Source of the DNA: a virus
Taxonomy: Duplodnaviria; Caudoviricetes
Virus record (IMG/VR): IMGVR_UViG_3300030382_003089
Coordinates: 1-43,719 of that record
Length of the DNA: 43,719 bases
Strand: one strand, 5' to 3'
Each line of letters opens with the position of its first letter. Positions within the stretch are counted from its first letter, which is position 1. Position numbers and translations under genes: made by a program. The notes beneath the pieces were generated by a model. The model was not told the DNA's origin. It worked only from the letters and a program-made list of their open reading frames with translations, and did no database searches. Below, in pieces: positions 1 through 12,400 of the stretch.

Positions 1-2
1 CC

Positions 3-2075
3 TGTCCAAAAACCCATAGTATCGCCAGAACTCTCTTTGATATAAGTATTTGATCCCGAATCAAAATATACTGCCTTACCTGAAGTCACCATTATGTTGT
101 CATTACACTGAATACTCCCAGTAAAAGTATTCGTACTAGCACCAGACACAGCTATTACTCCAGCAAATGTAGCGTTGCCATCTGATGCAATAGTCAATTT
201 GGGCGTAGTGGCAATACACAACTTATGGGAATCGGCTCTGTATTCCATAGATTCAAAAGCACCCCAACCAGTAGTTTGAACATCCATAATTAATGCACTA
301 TTACTGGTTGTCAGTGAAAATAATGCATTTGTACCATCATCAAATACTACATATTTACCACTGTCTGAACCTGTTGTCGTTATTTTTCCAGCAAATGTGG
401 CGTTTTTACCCTTATCAATAGTAAGGGCAGTTGCAGGTGCGCCATCATCTGCTACTCCAAATTCAATTTCTCCTCTTCTTGACGCATTATCTTCTTTGCT
501 AAATTTTATATAACCAGCAGATGCATTAGTACCTCCGCTATGGTCAACATTATAATAATGATACATATCCGATGCATTGCCAGACCCTTCAGCACCGTAT
601 GATATTACGTCCCCAGCAAATGTGGCGTTGCCAGTTACAGTTAGTGTATCATCAACAGTTGCATGACTTCTAAATTTTACATAATCTTCACTGCCCGACC
701 TCCACCAATCTGCCATAAACTGACCATCAGCATATAACTTTAAATCTCCACTAGCTTTTAATGACCTATCTCCCGTCATTTCTATATCACCAGCAAATGT
801 GGCGTTTTGGGATGTGTCAAGGGTGAGAGCAGAGCCACTTCCACCAGTTCTGAAAATCAATTCATCAGATGTATTTGTAAATATCGCACTAGTATCTGCA
901 TTATCTGCATTATTACGCATCCAAATTGCATTATCATTTCCAATGTGTACATTACCACCAAATGTGGCAGTTCTTGTACCACTTACAATTAAATTTTCAG
1001 AAATAGTAACTGGCCCATTGTGTGCAACACTTATTCTTGTTGAATTATTAGTAAATATTTCAAAAGCATGAGTTGTATGTGTCCCAACTTTTCCAACAGT
1101 ATCATCAGCTTGAAACTTACCAGTAACTGTATTCGTTGTATCGGTAACTCTAAAACTTGGACTCCCCGATGCAGATACATATACATCTCCAGCAAATGTG
1201 GCTGAGCCAATTCCGCCAGCACTGTTACCAAGTAGTGTTAAATTGGTAGTAAAAGCATTATCAGTTCCTCTCTGTTGAAATAACAAAGAACCACCACTAT
1301 CAATAATCTTCCAATCAGTGTAGCTATCATTTGTCGCTCCTCTTCTAAAAGTAATAGAAGGAGAATCTGATGTTGATTGTTCTAAAGATATATCACCAGC
1401 AAATGTGGCTTCACCATCTTTTGTTAGAGTAAATACAGTTGCTAATGTTGCAGAGCCACCAGCATCACCATGTGCCGTTGTAGCTTGGTGGTATAAAGAA
1501 CCATCAGCAGGACTGAAATATGTCCTTGCCCCATACTTGTCTGTTCCTTCAGCATATTTCTTTGCCCCTGTATCATAAGTATTCCACCAAATACCTTTTA
1601 CTCCAGTATCAGATGCAATAGACATACCATCTGCTACCTGTAAAACTTTGTACTGACTTTGCCAACCATAGAGAGTTGTACCGTTACCAGCAATTTCCCC
1701 ACCAAATGTCCAAGTACCAGTACCAGTATTAACTATATTATTCTCACCACCAATATTAATAGTAGTCCCATCCATGTTAATTATTTGTTCTTGACCGCTT
1801 CCACCTTTTATTGAGTAACCATTGGCTACTATTAAGTGGCTATTGGATGATAGTATACCAGAAAATGCACCAGTAGTACCCGACAACCCTCCTGTAAGCG
1901 TACCACCAGCTAGAGGTAGGAATTCTGATCCTACTTGCGATAGAGAACTCGCAGCAGTAGAACCATCACCTATGTATAGTTTACTTGTTGAACTATTCCA
2001 TACAGGTTCTCCAGCCGCTGGAGTGCCAGCGTTACTAAGATCAGTTCCCCTCTTTATCTGTAAGGTATTAGCCAC
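3..2075 (-). CDS. Long modular tail fibre / receptor-binding protein, N-terminal part plus module series A (runs off the left end; missing from the ORF track)
   Basis: GTG at 2075 overlaps the upstream TAG. The frame is open to the window edge: MANTLQIKRGTDLSNAGTPAAGEPVWNSSTSKLYIGDG... (Mtd_N-like attachment motif QIKRG..GEP...KLYIGDG), then G/S/T/N-rich modules ending in xATFAG. Confidence 0.9.
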   Translation of the reverse strand, partial: MANTLQIKRGTDLSNAGTPAAGEPVWNSSTSKLYIGDGSTAASSLSQVGSEFLPLAGGTLTGGLSGTTGAFSGILSSNSHLIVANGYSIKGGSGQEQIINMDGTTINIGGENNIVNTGTGTWTFGGEIAGNGTTLYGWQSQYKVLQVADGMSIASDTGVKGIWWNTYDTGAKKYAEGTDKYGARTYFSPADGSLYHQATTAHGDAGGSATLATVFTLTKDGEATFAGDISLEQSTSDSPSITFRRGATNDSYTDWKIIDSGGSLLFQQRGTDNAFTTNLTLLGNSAGGIGSATFAGDVYVSASGSPSFRVTDTTNTVTGKFQADDTVGKVGTHTTHAFEIFTNNSTRISVAHNGPVTISENLIVSGTRTATFGGNVHIGNDNAIWMRNNADNADTSAIFTNTSDELIFRTGGSGSALTLDTSQNATFAGDIEMTGDRSLKASGDLKLYADGQFMADWWRSGSEDYVKFRSHATVDDTLTVTGNATFAGDVISYGAEGSGNASDMYHYYNVDHSGGTNASAGYIKFSKEDNASRRGEIEFGVADDGAPATALTIDKGKNATFAGKITTTGSDSGKYVVFDDGTNALFSLTTSNSALIMDVQTTGWGAFESMEYRADSHKLCIATTPKLTIASDGNATFAGVIAVSGASTNTFTGSIQCNDNIMVTSGKAVYFDSGSNTYIKESSGDTMGFWT
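160..1409 (-). repeat. Seven copies of the 14-17 bp module-junction site (AAC)GCCACATTTGCTGG
   Basis: Plus-strand ccagcaaatgt(g/a)gc starts at 160, 388, 613, 790, 1189 and 1396, with a one-mismatch copy at 955. All are in the same frame and orientation. Confidence 0.95.
1188..1282. repeat. 95-bp exact direct repeat of the contig end (43625-43719)
   Basis: tccagcaaatgtggctgagcc...ctctgttgaaata is identical in both places. Confidence 0.97.
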
Positions 2076-2980
2076 TAGTAAGTGCCAGCATCAATAGTAC
2101 ATGATCCTAAAGTAGCACTTGTTAAAGTAGATGCTGTTACATCATTCCAGGATGAACTTCCTAAACTTCCTGAGAATACTTCAGATGTATTCGTAGCATT
2201 TGGAATAAATTTAAACCTAAAACCATCACTGTCATCCATACCAAAAAATCCTACTTTAGCTGAAGAATCAAAATACCTGAATTCTATACCGCGATCCTTA
2301 CCATCATCGCTTCCAGGGGCAGTGTCTCCCCCTAAAGTGAAAATTGGGTCATCAATTGTAACTGTGGTGCTATTAACTGTCGTTGTGGCCCCATTTACTG
2401 TGAGTGTCCCTGCAATCGTGACATTAGTTGGAAGGCCAATCTGTACCTGATTTCCCGATACAGCAGTTTCAATTTCATTGGCAGTTCCTGCTATTGTAAA
2501 TGTTTCCCCTAGATTAACAGCATCATTAGTTCCACTGTCTGCTGACATGGTAATAGATGAATTAATAAGTTTTCCATTTGCTATGGAACCATTTAACATA
2601 TCATTGGTGATACCACTAGCCTTTACCCTTAAGGCATCATTATATGTTTCAATAGATGATCCATCAACACCAACAGAAAGAACATGACTTGATAAAGCTA
2701 GGCCATCACCAGCTACATTACTGTTTAGCGACAAGGTGTACCCATTATTGTTTGCACTACCAGAGTCTGCAGCTAAAGTAAAACTTGTAGAATTAGCAGA
2801 AAAATCTGTTAACATTGGTAAGTGGTAGGCTTCGACTGTACCCCCACTATTGTTTTCACGGCCTATGTATAATTTCTTACTACCCTGGGCAATCGCGAAT
2901 TCACCAGCCACTACCTGGTTATCCGCTGGGGCAGTAGTACCATTATAGGCACTTCGTTTAATTTTAATTGTATTAGCCAT
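2075..2980 (-). CDS. Short tail fibre / fibre-associated structural protein (301 aa)
   Basis: N-terminus MANTIKIKRS...GEFAI...KLYIG is paralogous to the neighbouring fibre N-terminus. G/S/T-rich, with a LTVNGATTTVNSTTVTIDDPIFTLGG fibre motif. Confidence 0.75.
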   Translation of the reverse strand: MANTIKIKRSAYNGTTAPADNQVVAGEFAIAQGSKKLYIGRENNSGGTVEAYHLPMLTDFSANSTSFTLAADSGSANNNGYTLSLNSNVAGDGLALSSHVLSVGVDGSSIETYNDALRVKASGITNDMLNGSIANGKLINSSITMSADSGTNDAVNLGETFTIAGTANEIETAVSGNQVQIGLPTNVTIAGTLTVNGATTTVNSTTVTIDDPIFTLGGDTAPGSDDGKDRGIEFRYFDSSAKVGFFGMDDSDGFRFKFIPNATNTSEVFSGSLGSSSWNDVTASTLTSATLGSCTIDAGTY

Positions 2981-2999
2981 ATATTTTACCTTTTAGTTA

Positions 3000-3344
3000 T
3001 TAACTATAATCTCCACCATCTATTGTTTTATTAGTTACGCTTTGTGATCCAGCAATAGTTACTACATCAGTAGTGCTGGACCCGCCAAATGTTACCCCAC
3101 CTATCTGGTTAAGTTCTGCTGCAGTTGCCGATACTAATGTACCATTCAACTGTAGCCCATTACTGGAACCATCATGGGATGATATATTCATACTCGTTGT
3201 ACTTAACTGGATCGGAGCCGCGACCCCATCGCCATCAAATACTGTTTTTAAAGTAGCTTCCAACCCTTCATTGTCATCACCATCATAAACTGTTAGTAAA
3301 TCTTTGAAGGTAGTTGCTGGTGCTTTTCCGCTTAAACTAGCCAT
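3000..3344 (-). CDS. Small virion/tail-associated protein (114 aa)
   Basis: GGAG RBS, G/S/T-rich, ATAAELN and NKTIDGG motifs typical of phage fibre proteins, located in the fibre cluster. Confidence 0.6.
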   Translation of the reverse strand: MASLSGKAPATTFKDLLTVYDGDDNEGLEATLKTVFDGDGVAAPIQLSTTSMNISSHDGSSNGLQLNGTLVSATAAELNQIGGVTFGGSSTTDVVTIAGSQSVTNKTIDGGDYS

Positions 3345-3418
3345 ATATATTCTCCGCTATTGTGAAAATATTTGATTATTATAACTTGTTCACAAATGGA
3401 TTCACTGATTTTCATGTT

Positions 3419-6400
3419 TTATTGTGATCGCCTGGTTGATCTAGATTTTTTCTTTTTCTTACGCTTTTTAAAATCTATTGGATTTATACCTTTTGATCTC
3501 CTTTGGTTCTGCAGGAAATCCCTTATAATTCTAGGGACCATGCGACCATAACCATCATCTACCGATTCTGCTTGTTTTTTAGAAAGCTGTCCTGCTCTTA
3601 TAGCATCCCACACATACCTTTTAAATCTTGCTGTCTCAACATGGTTGTATGTTGTGATCTTAGAATATTCAATCATTTCATAAATAAGTCTTTTTTCTGC
3701 CGCTGCAGTTTTATCTGGTTCACCCAGAAATTGTCGTATAAATGGTACATCTTTCTTTGGTGTAGGCTCTCCTTTTAAGAAGTTCATTCCTGTCTTAATT
3801 GATCTTTTAATAAATTTTCCAAGACCACCACCTATAAATTCAAACGCATGATCTAATGTTATAGGATTAACATCAATCCATCCATCTGTGTACTGGTCTT
3901 TTGGTCTACCAAATTCATCCTTACCGCTTCCCTTACCTTTATGTATTTCACCACCCTTCTTCCAGGGAAAATTCAGTTGTGCAAGATATTGTGTAACCAT
4001 CCTTGAAACCCAGCTTGGTGGATTTTTATGGTAATAGTTGGCCCAATCTGGGACATTTCTTGGTCCAAAAGGATTTTTCGCTGGGTACAATGGTGCTTCT
4101 GTAAACTTTTTTCCTTCATATATTTGAGCAGGAAAATCAAGTAATGATGGTGCTACTACCTGTAACGGAGTACCATCGCCAAACGGACTGAATGCATTAT
4201 TAGCAGCAGTTAATATCCTACCCAGTATCACACCATAATCGATATCCTTAGGGTCCGTTCCTTTAATAATAGATTCAGCTACCAGTTCGCCAGTAATTGT
4301 TGCGATAGTATGGAATATGTTTAAACCATATGGAAGTGGATAGCGTATATCATTGCCATCGGGTTTCATAATAATAAAGTAATGATCTCTTTCCCACCAT
4401 GCTTTCTTTTCCCATTCATCTGGTGCCGTTAAAGCGTTTTGGATCGCTATACCCATAGATGCAGCCATAGGGCTGGATAGTAATAGCATTGTTCTTGTGC
4501 GAGTTTCTTTCTTGAAGTTAGAAGCTAACCTAAAGCCACCCTGGACTGTTGCATTCCAGAACCAATAGGCACCATTAAACTGCGAACCCCACTTACCTTT
4601 TTTATTAAAGTTAACTGTTACATTTTTAGCTTCTTGTGCTGCTCTATCTTTACTAATACCTTCATTAACCAGTGTATCATATGTGGCCAGCCTAACACCA
4701 GACTCTATAGCCTCATTAATATCTGACATCAGATTAAATAATGCTTTCCCTAGCTTTTTAATATTTAACGCACTTCTTTCTGTATCTTTTAATTGACTTT
4801 CCAGCTTTAACATATGCTCTTCATAGTTGTCCATATCAAACCAGCCGACTCTTCCACCTTTTGATTTCAGTTCATCGTACTTCTTGGACCATTTGGTAGT
4901 CTTTTCTTTGTGCCTTGCGCTACGCCAAACTCCAGGGACAGCACTGGGAACTTTTGCCAATACTTTTGCTGTTGTTTTTAGGGGATATTTTACTGCTACA
5001 TTAAATAGTGCTGTTGGAACATCACGGAAAAAGTTCTTCCATACAAAATCTAAGTTTAATGTGATAAGCATATTTTTGAAATATGAGTTTAAATTGGTCA
5101 TAGCTTTTGGCCAGTTCCAATTGAGTCCTACATTCTTCAATCCTTCAAGTAAAGGAATGTCGTTTATTTCAATTAAATAAAGTTTCCCATTTCTACGGAC
5201 CGCGAATTCATTGTCCTGTATTTTAAATCGTGGCTCCATATATTGTATTTCACCATACTCATCAAATACTGGTTTAAATCTTTGTCTCCTTACAGTCCAG
5301 GCTTCACTTTCAAATTCTTCAGCTATATCAAGAAACTTCTGGCCAGCAACATTCTTACCTGCTCTTACAATTATATTTTCAAGTTCTATTAATGCAGAGA
5401 ATACTGGATTATATCTTTTCCTAGTTGACCCCTTGGCTCGTTTTATTTCCAGGCCACCAGGCATACTTAATCCCTGGCCTGTACTTGATGACCTATTTTC
5501 TACATCAAGGATAGCGAACAAGGGAACATAATTATCGTAGTATCCAGTTAAATGATCAAATGTCTTTTGCTCTATTAACCCAGCAGCAAGCCTTTCTCTT
5601 AATGCTCTCCTGGTAACCTTCTCGTAAAATTCTTCAGCAAAAGCCTCAATCAGTTTATCGCCCTTATGTTCAGCAATAATTTCTACCCACTCATCTTTAA
5701 ACATACCTGATCCACCATCAGGCATATCATCCCTGATCTTGGCTATATGATCATTTCTTTCCTCCGCATGCCTGGCGTATAAATATTTACCAAATTCTTC
5801 AATAGTATAACCAGCTTTAACAACTCTAGCTAGTAGCGACTTTTTGCCTTTTATAATGTTCCAATTAAGTATATTAATCTTATCTAATGAAGCAGTGGGA
5901 TATAACTCTGCTGCCCTATACGCATCTTCTTCATCAGATAAAGGTCGAACTTCTTCAACCTTTTTCATTACATGACCTAAGCGATTTAATGAGTCCTGCA
6001 TATTTCGCTGCCACAATCGTGGTCGCGATTCAGGATCAAGTTCTAATGGTCTGGTTGCTTTTGTTTTGGGTTTAGATACTAACCGCTTGGGTCGTACCTG
6101 GTAAGCTACTTTTTCTTGAGGCTTTTTAGCTTGTTTAGGTTCTTTAGCTTTTTTACCCCTTCGAGCATCTTTTTTGGTGGGTACTTCTTGTAGAAGCTGT
6201 CCAGGTCTTCCTGAATCATCGCTTCTTCGTTTAACGAGTTCTCTTGCTTCAATTTCATAGTTTGTTTCCTTTTGCCCACGAATAGTTCCTACTTCAAATT
6301 TAGCATATAATCGCTTTTCAGGGAACCAAATAATGGCCTGGGCATCAGCCACTGTAAGGCCCCTTATTTTAGATTTTCTTACTGCTTCTTTCATTACAGC

Positions 6401-9400
6401 CCTGAAAAATATTCTTTCTTGTGCCGTTGGCTGTATATGTAATTCAAATCTATTCATCAGAGTATTTGAAGCCATATTCAACTTGGTTTTAGGTATAAAA
6501 GTTTTTGGCTTTTTAGTTTTTGGGTCTAGTTTACTCTTAGCGTATTCACTTTGAACTTTCTTTGCTACGCTTAACATCTTTGCTTCATCTTTTAAATCTT
6601 TTGCCGTGACCCCATATTTCTTCATCATGGCTTTACTTCTTCTCAGCATAGATACAAATCTTTTTAACTGAACTGAATAATCTTTTCCTTCATCAAGATT
6701 GCCCCTGAGTCTTCCCATTAGCCTCATAAACCAACGATCCATAGTAAGGTATTCAAAATGGCCGTTTACATTAGCCATAAATCCACCTCCAACCTTCGGC
6801 CCAAATACAACAGAACCCATCACCACTTGATCTGCAAGTTCACCGCCCTGGGGTAATCCAGCTTTTTTCAAATCCCTGGCAGTATATTTAGTATTTATAA
6901 AATCATGGACCCATTCTACACCATGATCATTAACTAAATCATTGTAGAACTTGTGGCCTTTTTCCATTGCTCTTCTTTCTTTTCCACCTCTCTTTAGCTT
7001 CTCAGGTAGAATGCCATTCTCTCTCCAAGACTCATAAGAAGTAATAGCGAAGTCTAGATTGTCTTCAACAGCAGCCCCATTGCTTCTTATTGCTAATGTG
7101 ATTTTAAATACCTGGTTATGGATAGGGTCGCTTTTCAGTTCAGGATAAATTTTTGCTAGATGATCTATGGCTTCAGCCATCTTTTTACCGTACCAGCCTA
7201 TAGCATTTTTTTCGTTTTTATATTCTTCTTTTATTTCCTGGGATATTATATCAGATAAAATGTCTCTTACTTCATCAGTGTTTTGTGTTAGGTCTACACC
7301 TAAATCTTTTGCAATAGCTGCTGCTCTTTTATCTAAATACTCTGCTACAGCATTCATATCAGCTAACTTTTCAATAGGTATATTCTGTAAAGATAAGTCT
7401 TCTTTCTTGCGGACCTGGAATAATGGCTGACCTTTTTCCATCACACCCTTCTTCATCTGGCCAGATATTTGCATTGCTGGCTGTGTACTAACTCTTGGCC
7501 CTACAGCTTTCTTCTGGGATTCTCTAGCCTTTTGAATATAATATGACATAGAAATATTTGGATTATATATCCAAGCTGGAATTTGATAAGCTGGGTTTTT
7601 TTCTAGTTCCGTTGCTACATCATATACTTCTTTAATGTCTTTTTCTGACGGCTTTTCTTGCTCATCAACTGGTGACCACCCTTGTGCCAGTTGAGTTGCA
7701 TTGAACAATGCTGCTGCATCAATCTTAGGAAATATGCCCTGGTCACCAGACAGTTCAATTTCCTTAACCCTGACACCCCAGTTGTTCCGTTTAGCCATCT
7801 TATTTAAAGCACTTGGTATTGCCTTATCATAGACCAGCTTATGAAGCTGTCCACCAATAGCTAGATTACCTCCCTCAATTGAACCAGTCCTTTTCTTATC
7901 ATCCCTAATCTTGTTGGCCATTCTTTTGCCAATTAATCTATCAAGAGTTACCTTGGTGCCATTAATCATGGTTTCACCCTCTAGGGGGACAGACTGGTGG
8001 AATACACTCTTCTTATCCTTGATTCCATTTATAATAACAGATTTACCCTCGGCCCAGATACGCTTCATAGCAGGATCAGGATAAAGTGATTCCCATTGTT
8101 TCCTTGATTCCATATCCATCCTTCCCCAAGCATCACCTCTTTCAAACCTTTCATACCATTCCTGTCTATAATAATCATCAGGTGAAAACCTTATATCTAA
8201 CCAGACATCTATTTTGTCTCTAGGAGTATCTCTAGGTATTTCTCGATCAGCCAATAGATCAGTTGCATTTTTATATCCTTTAACTTTTGGCTTCTGCCAT
8301 TGTATTGTATCAAGGTTCTGCCTCAAGTTGCTCTGCCAGCGATCTATCTGTTGTGCAGCAGTTGTCCAGGCTATAGCATCCATATCATTCTCTGCAGCAT
8401 ATCTTAACATGCGTTTCATTACCAGTTCGATCCAACCTGTACCCTTGAATGGTGCATCAATAACTTTGCCCCTCATATCAATTCTTACAGCCTCTTTTGC
8501 TGCTTCTAAATTTTTATAGTCCCTGTTTCTTGTTTTATATATAGGAGTACCATCTTCCCATTTATCATGGGTTAAAAGTTTTATAACAACTTCACCATTC
8601 TCATTTTCCCACTGCGTTCCATCCACTAAATCTACTTTATTAAATGTTACAGGATCAGTTCTATAACCTTCTCTTGCTCCTTCCTGGTGCCAATCAGATT
8701 GTATCTCTTCTATAAATAAAACTTTTTTATCGTCAACAAGTCTGGTATTAAACCGTACATGGGCCATGACATTTGATTGTTTCCAGTGTGTCCCAGTTTC
8801 TTTCCCAAACCCTGGAAGAGTTAACAACAGTTCAGTGTAATCACCAACTTGATGATCACCTTCTAGTTGATGCTCAGAATAACTGGTAGATGTTCCTTCT
8901 TCTAATTCAAATTCAAAATCATCTGTTTTAACACTGTGTATTAATTGTTCTAAATAATCTATTCTTTTATCTGCATCAGAAATTCTCTCCTGAGCTTTAC
9001 GCTCCACTTGCTGACTATCAAAATAATGCCTGGTTCCCCAATGTTCTTTATTTAATTTCTCTTCATTCAGGGTCCCATCTAAATGCATAAGAATTCTGCT
9101 TTGAACAGTCATCCGTAACCTTCCACTCAATTCCCATTTTTTTAGTTCAAAATTTTCTATTAACGACATTTTCAGATTCTCTACAGGGTCCATTGGATCA
9201 AATCTAGTATAATCTACAAGTTCATTATCTCTATATACCTCAAGGTCCCCCACTCTAAATTTTACCTTGTCAGGCATATCGGTGTATTTCACATCTTCAA
9301 CTTTAATATTATGTATATTTATGGCCAGTAGAAGTTGTGCCTTAGTAACCTTCCCATGTTTTTTAATTGCTGGAGTTTCAAGTATTTTATCTATGTCCAA

Positions 9401-12400
9401 CCATTTCAGTTCCTCTGGTTTCACCTGGTTCTTTAACAACCAGTTTTTAACTGATGATATTTTCATACTCTCAGGGAATTTGTCCTGGACAACTTTCTCT
9501 GCCTGGGAAAAGAATGTTGGTTTCGTTTTTCCACGGACCTGGTGCATGATCTTCGGCCCCTTGGTGGGCTTGAGATTGAACTGGCCTTTTATTTGGTTAG
9601 GATTGAAGGTTATAAAAATTCTACCATCACTACCAGATTGCCATATATCTTCACTAGCTATAATTCCATCAAAGCCTTTATCTTGTAATATTTTTTTTAA
9701 GGCTTGATTGTTATCAAAATAATGATATAAAGAATTTTCCTCATAAACTTCATCTAATGCTTGTGCTTCAAGTTCTTTCATTGTGCCATCATAATTAGGC
9801 TTTAAATCTTCTTGAATATTTAAAGCAGCATCTGCTGCAATATCTTCATTTTCTGCTTGTGTTAACTGCCAATTTTTAACACCTTTCTCAATCATTGCAG
9901 CTTCGATAAAAGTTATAAATTCATGGAAATATCTCTTACTACCAAGGTCTAGAACAATGTCTTCATGTGTAAGGTCTAAGGGGTTTTTTATATTTAGATA
10001 TACTGGATATACTTGCCCACCCTCTTCAGTACCAGGTTCTTTTGAACGGCCCCTATGGTCCCTGGCGTAAAAATTGGCTGTTTGAGGGTCTAAAGTAAAG
10101 AAATTCAGAGGGTTTTCATCAAATGCTTCTATATCTTGAATGGTCCCATGATATGCTACTGCTGGCTGCCCCTTATCATCCACTACCTTACTATCTCCGA
10201 ACCAGGACTTGAATTCTTTACTCTTAGGTTTGGCCTTTAATCGCAGATCAGCTTTTCTAACCTGCATCATCTTCTTCTGTTTTTTATTAAGTGGTTTTAC
10301 TGGTCCAGTCTTTTCTCCAAGTTTTCTTATACCTGCTCTTTTATATATGTCCTGTATTTTCTTTGGGACCTTTGCTCCGCGAAGTTTTCTTATCCTGTTA
10401 AATAATGCAAACATCGCCTCTTTTGCATTCTCAAATATCTTGCGTATACCCGCAGCTTCTTCGTGCATCTTTTCACTAAAGAAAAAGTCTCTACCTTCTT
10501 GCCCGAAATGTTCTTCACTGGATCGGGTGTCACCACTTTTGTCGTGGTATGCATCCCATGCTTGTCGGTCTTTTGCATCCATATTGTTGAGCCAGAATTC
10601 GTGGTACCATTCTTCGATAAGGGTGTCCGCATCGTGACCCTTATATAACTGGACCGCTGTTTTGGCGATACCCTTTTGAATATTCGGTGGGAGTGTTGCA
10701 CCGAGTCCTTGGATTCTTCCTTCTCCTTCTTGCTCTTCATATGCTACTCCTTCTAGCTTATACCATTCCTCTGGCTCCATTCCGTATTCTTCTCTGATAA
10801 ACTCATCAGTTACCCAGTTCACCTCATTACTAATTTCTAGTGATGCCTGAGAATCAAAGTCAGGATTATTTTCTAATAAATGTTTTGCTAATACTCCAAC
10901 CCCTTCAGTTGTTTCACCTGCCTCTATTGCAGCATCAACCTCATCCATTGCCTTTTCTTGATGTTTACGAGTAACCTTTAATTGGGCTGGCTTACCAAGG
11001 GATACTTTTCTTCCTTCCTTATCAACACCAGCTACACCTTTAGGGCTTAAACTTGCTACAGCTTCAGCTTCCTGTACAGCCTCATCTACCTTTTCACCTT
11101 CTTCTTCTTTAACCTTATCTAATACCCTACCTGCAGCATAACTCCCTCCAGGTATAACACTGAAAGCAGCCAGTTCAGCTACCGATTGTTTTAAAAAATC
11201 TTCACTTGTATAATCAGGCAATGGGTCCCCAGTACCGATCCCAGGGGTAGCGCGGCCTAGTTCTGCAACTCGTTCTTCAAAGTATTCATTAACCATACCA
11301 TGCCAGCCAACCTTTTCGACATGCTTCTTAAATAAATCATTACTACTACCAGGGAATTTTTTATGCCACCATTTCATAAGCGATGTCCTGGCCACTGCTT
11401 CCTTCACTGGTTTACCAGCTAACTTAAACGCTCCACCAGTACGCTCAGATACCATCTCTATCCACATACCTTTTGTGGCCTTAATTAAAGCCTCACTAGC
11501 TGAATCCCCAGGTCCCGCAATTATTAATTCTTCTTCTTCATTCAGCGTTACACCAGGCATCATACGCTGCAATGCTTCTGCTGGAATTCTAGTGGCACCT
11601 ACTGGTACAGCCTGAACTGAGGCACCAGCAGTAACGCCTATAGCTTCCCTTGCTATTTTACCAGAAGTTTTTTCAGTTGTAAATTTTGCTAACTTTTCTT
11701 TACCTTCTTTTGTAAGCAGTTTCTTTAATGTTGCTTTAGCAGTTTCTGTAGCTGCTTTCCTAACCCCAGTATATATACTACCAGTAAAACCTAATTCTAA
11801 TATAAACGAAGGTAGGCCATGAAGAATATCAAGAATCATATACCCCAGGTTTTTATCTGCCTCAGCATGGTCCACATATTCTTGTAATATTTTTAATTGT
11901 TCTTCACTAGCAGTACCATCTCCCAAGGCATCAGCAGCAACAAGCAATGTTCTCATTTCACCAACATCTACAATACCAGATATGAATGGTAATATTTTTC
12001 CTAATCCTTGCCAGGTACCTATCTCAGCCACCTTATCCATAAACCCTAAGGTAGATACAGGTTTTTTCTTCTTTTTTCTATTTTCCTGGGCTGCTATCGT
12101 TGCGGCTGTAGATAAAGAATAATCCCCATTCTTTTGCAGCTTAGTTATTGTATTAACAGTATGAGGCATACTGGATACGAGTGTTTCTAAACTGTCATTA
12201 ATATCATTATAATTCTTTTGTTTAATTTTTAATTGATCAGCTTTTTTAAATGTTTCTTCTACAGCACCCTTTCCATCATCAATAGTCTGCTGAACTTTAG
12301 ATCCATTTTTAGTATCAACAGACTGACCGTTCTGTTCAATATATCTATTCGGATGATCATCATGTTTATATTGTGAATCCCAATGGTATTGCCCATCACC

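Noticed and set aside
160-1409. CRISPR array
   Set aside because: The repeats are only 14-17 bp, spacing is 165-774 bp and always in frame within a coding gene, and there are no cas genes.
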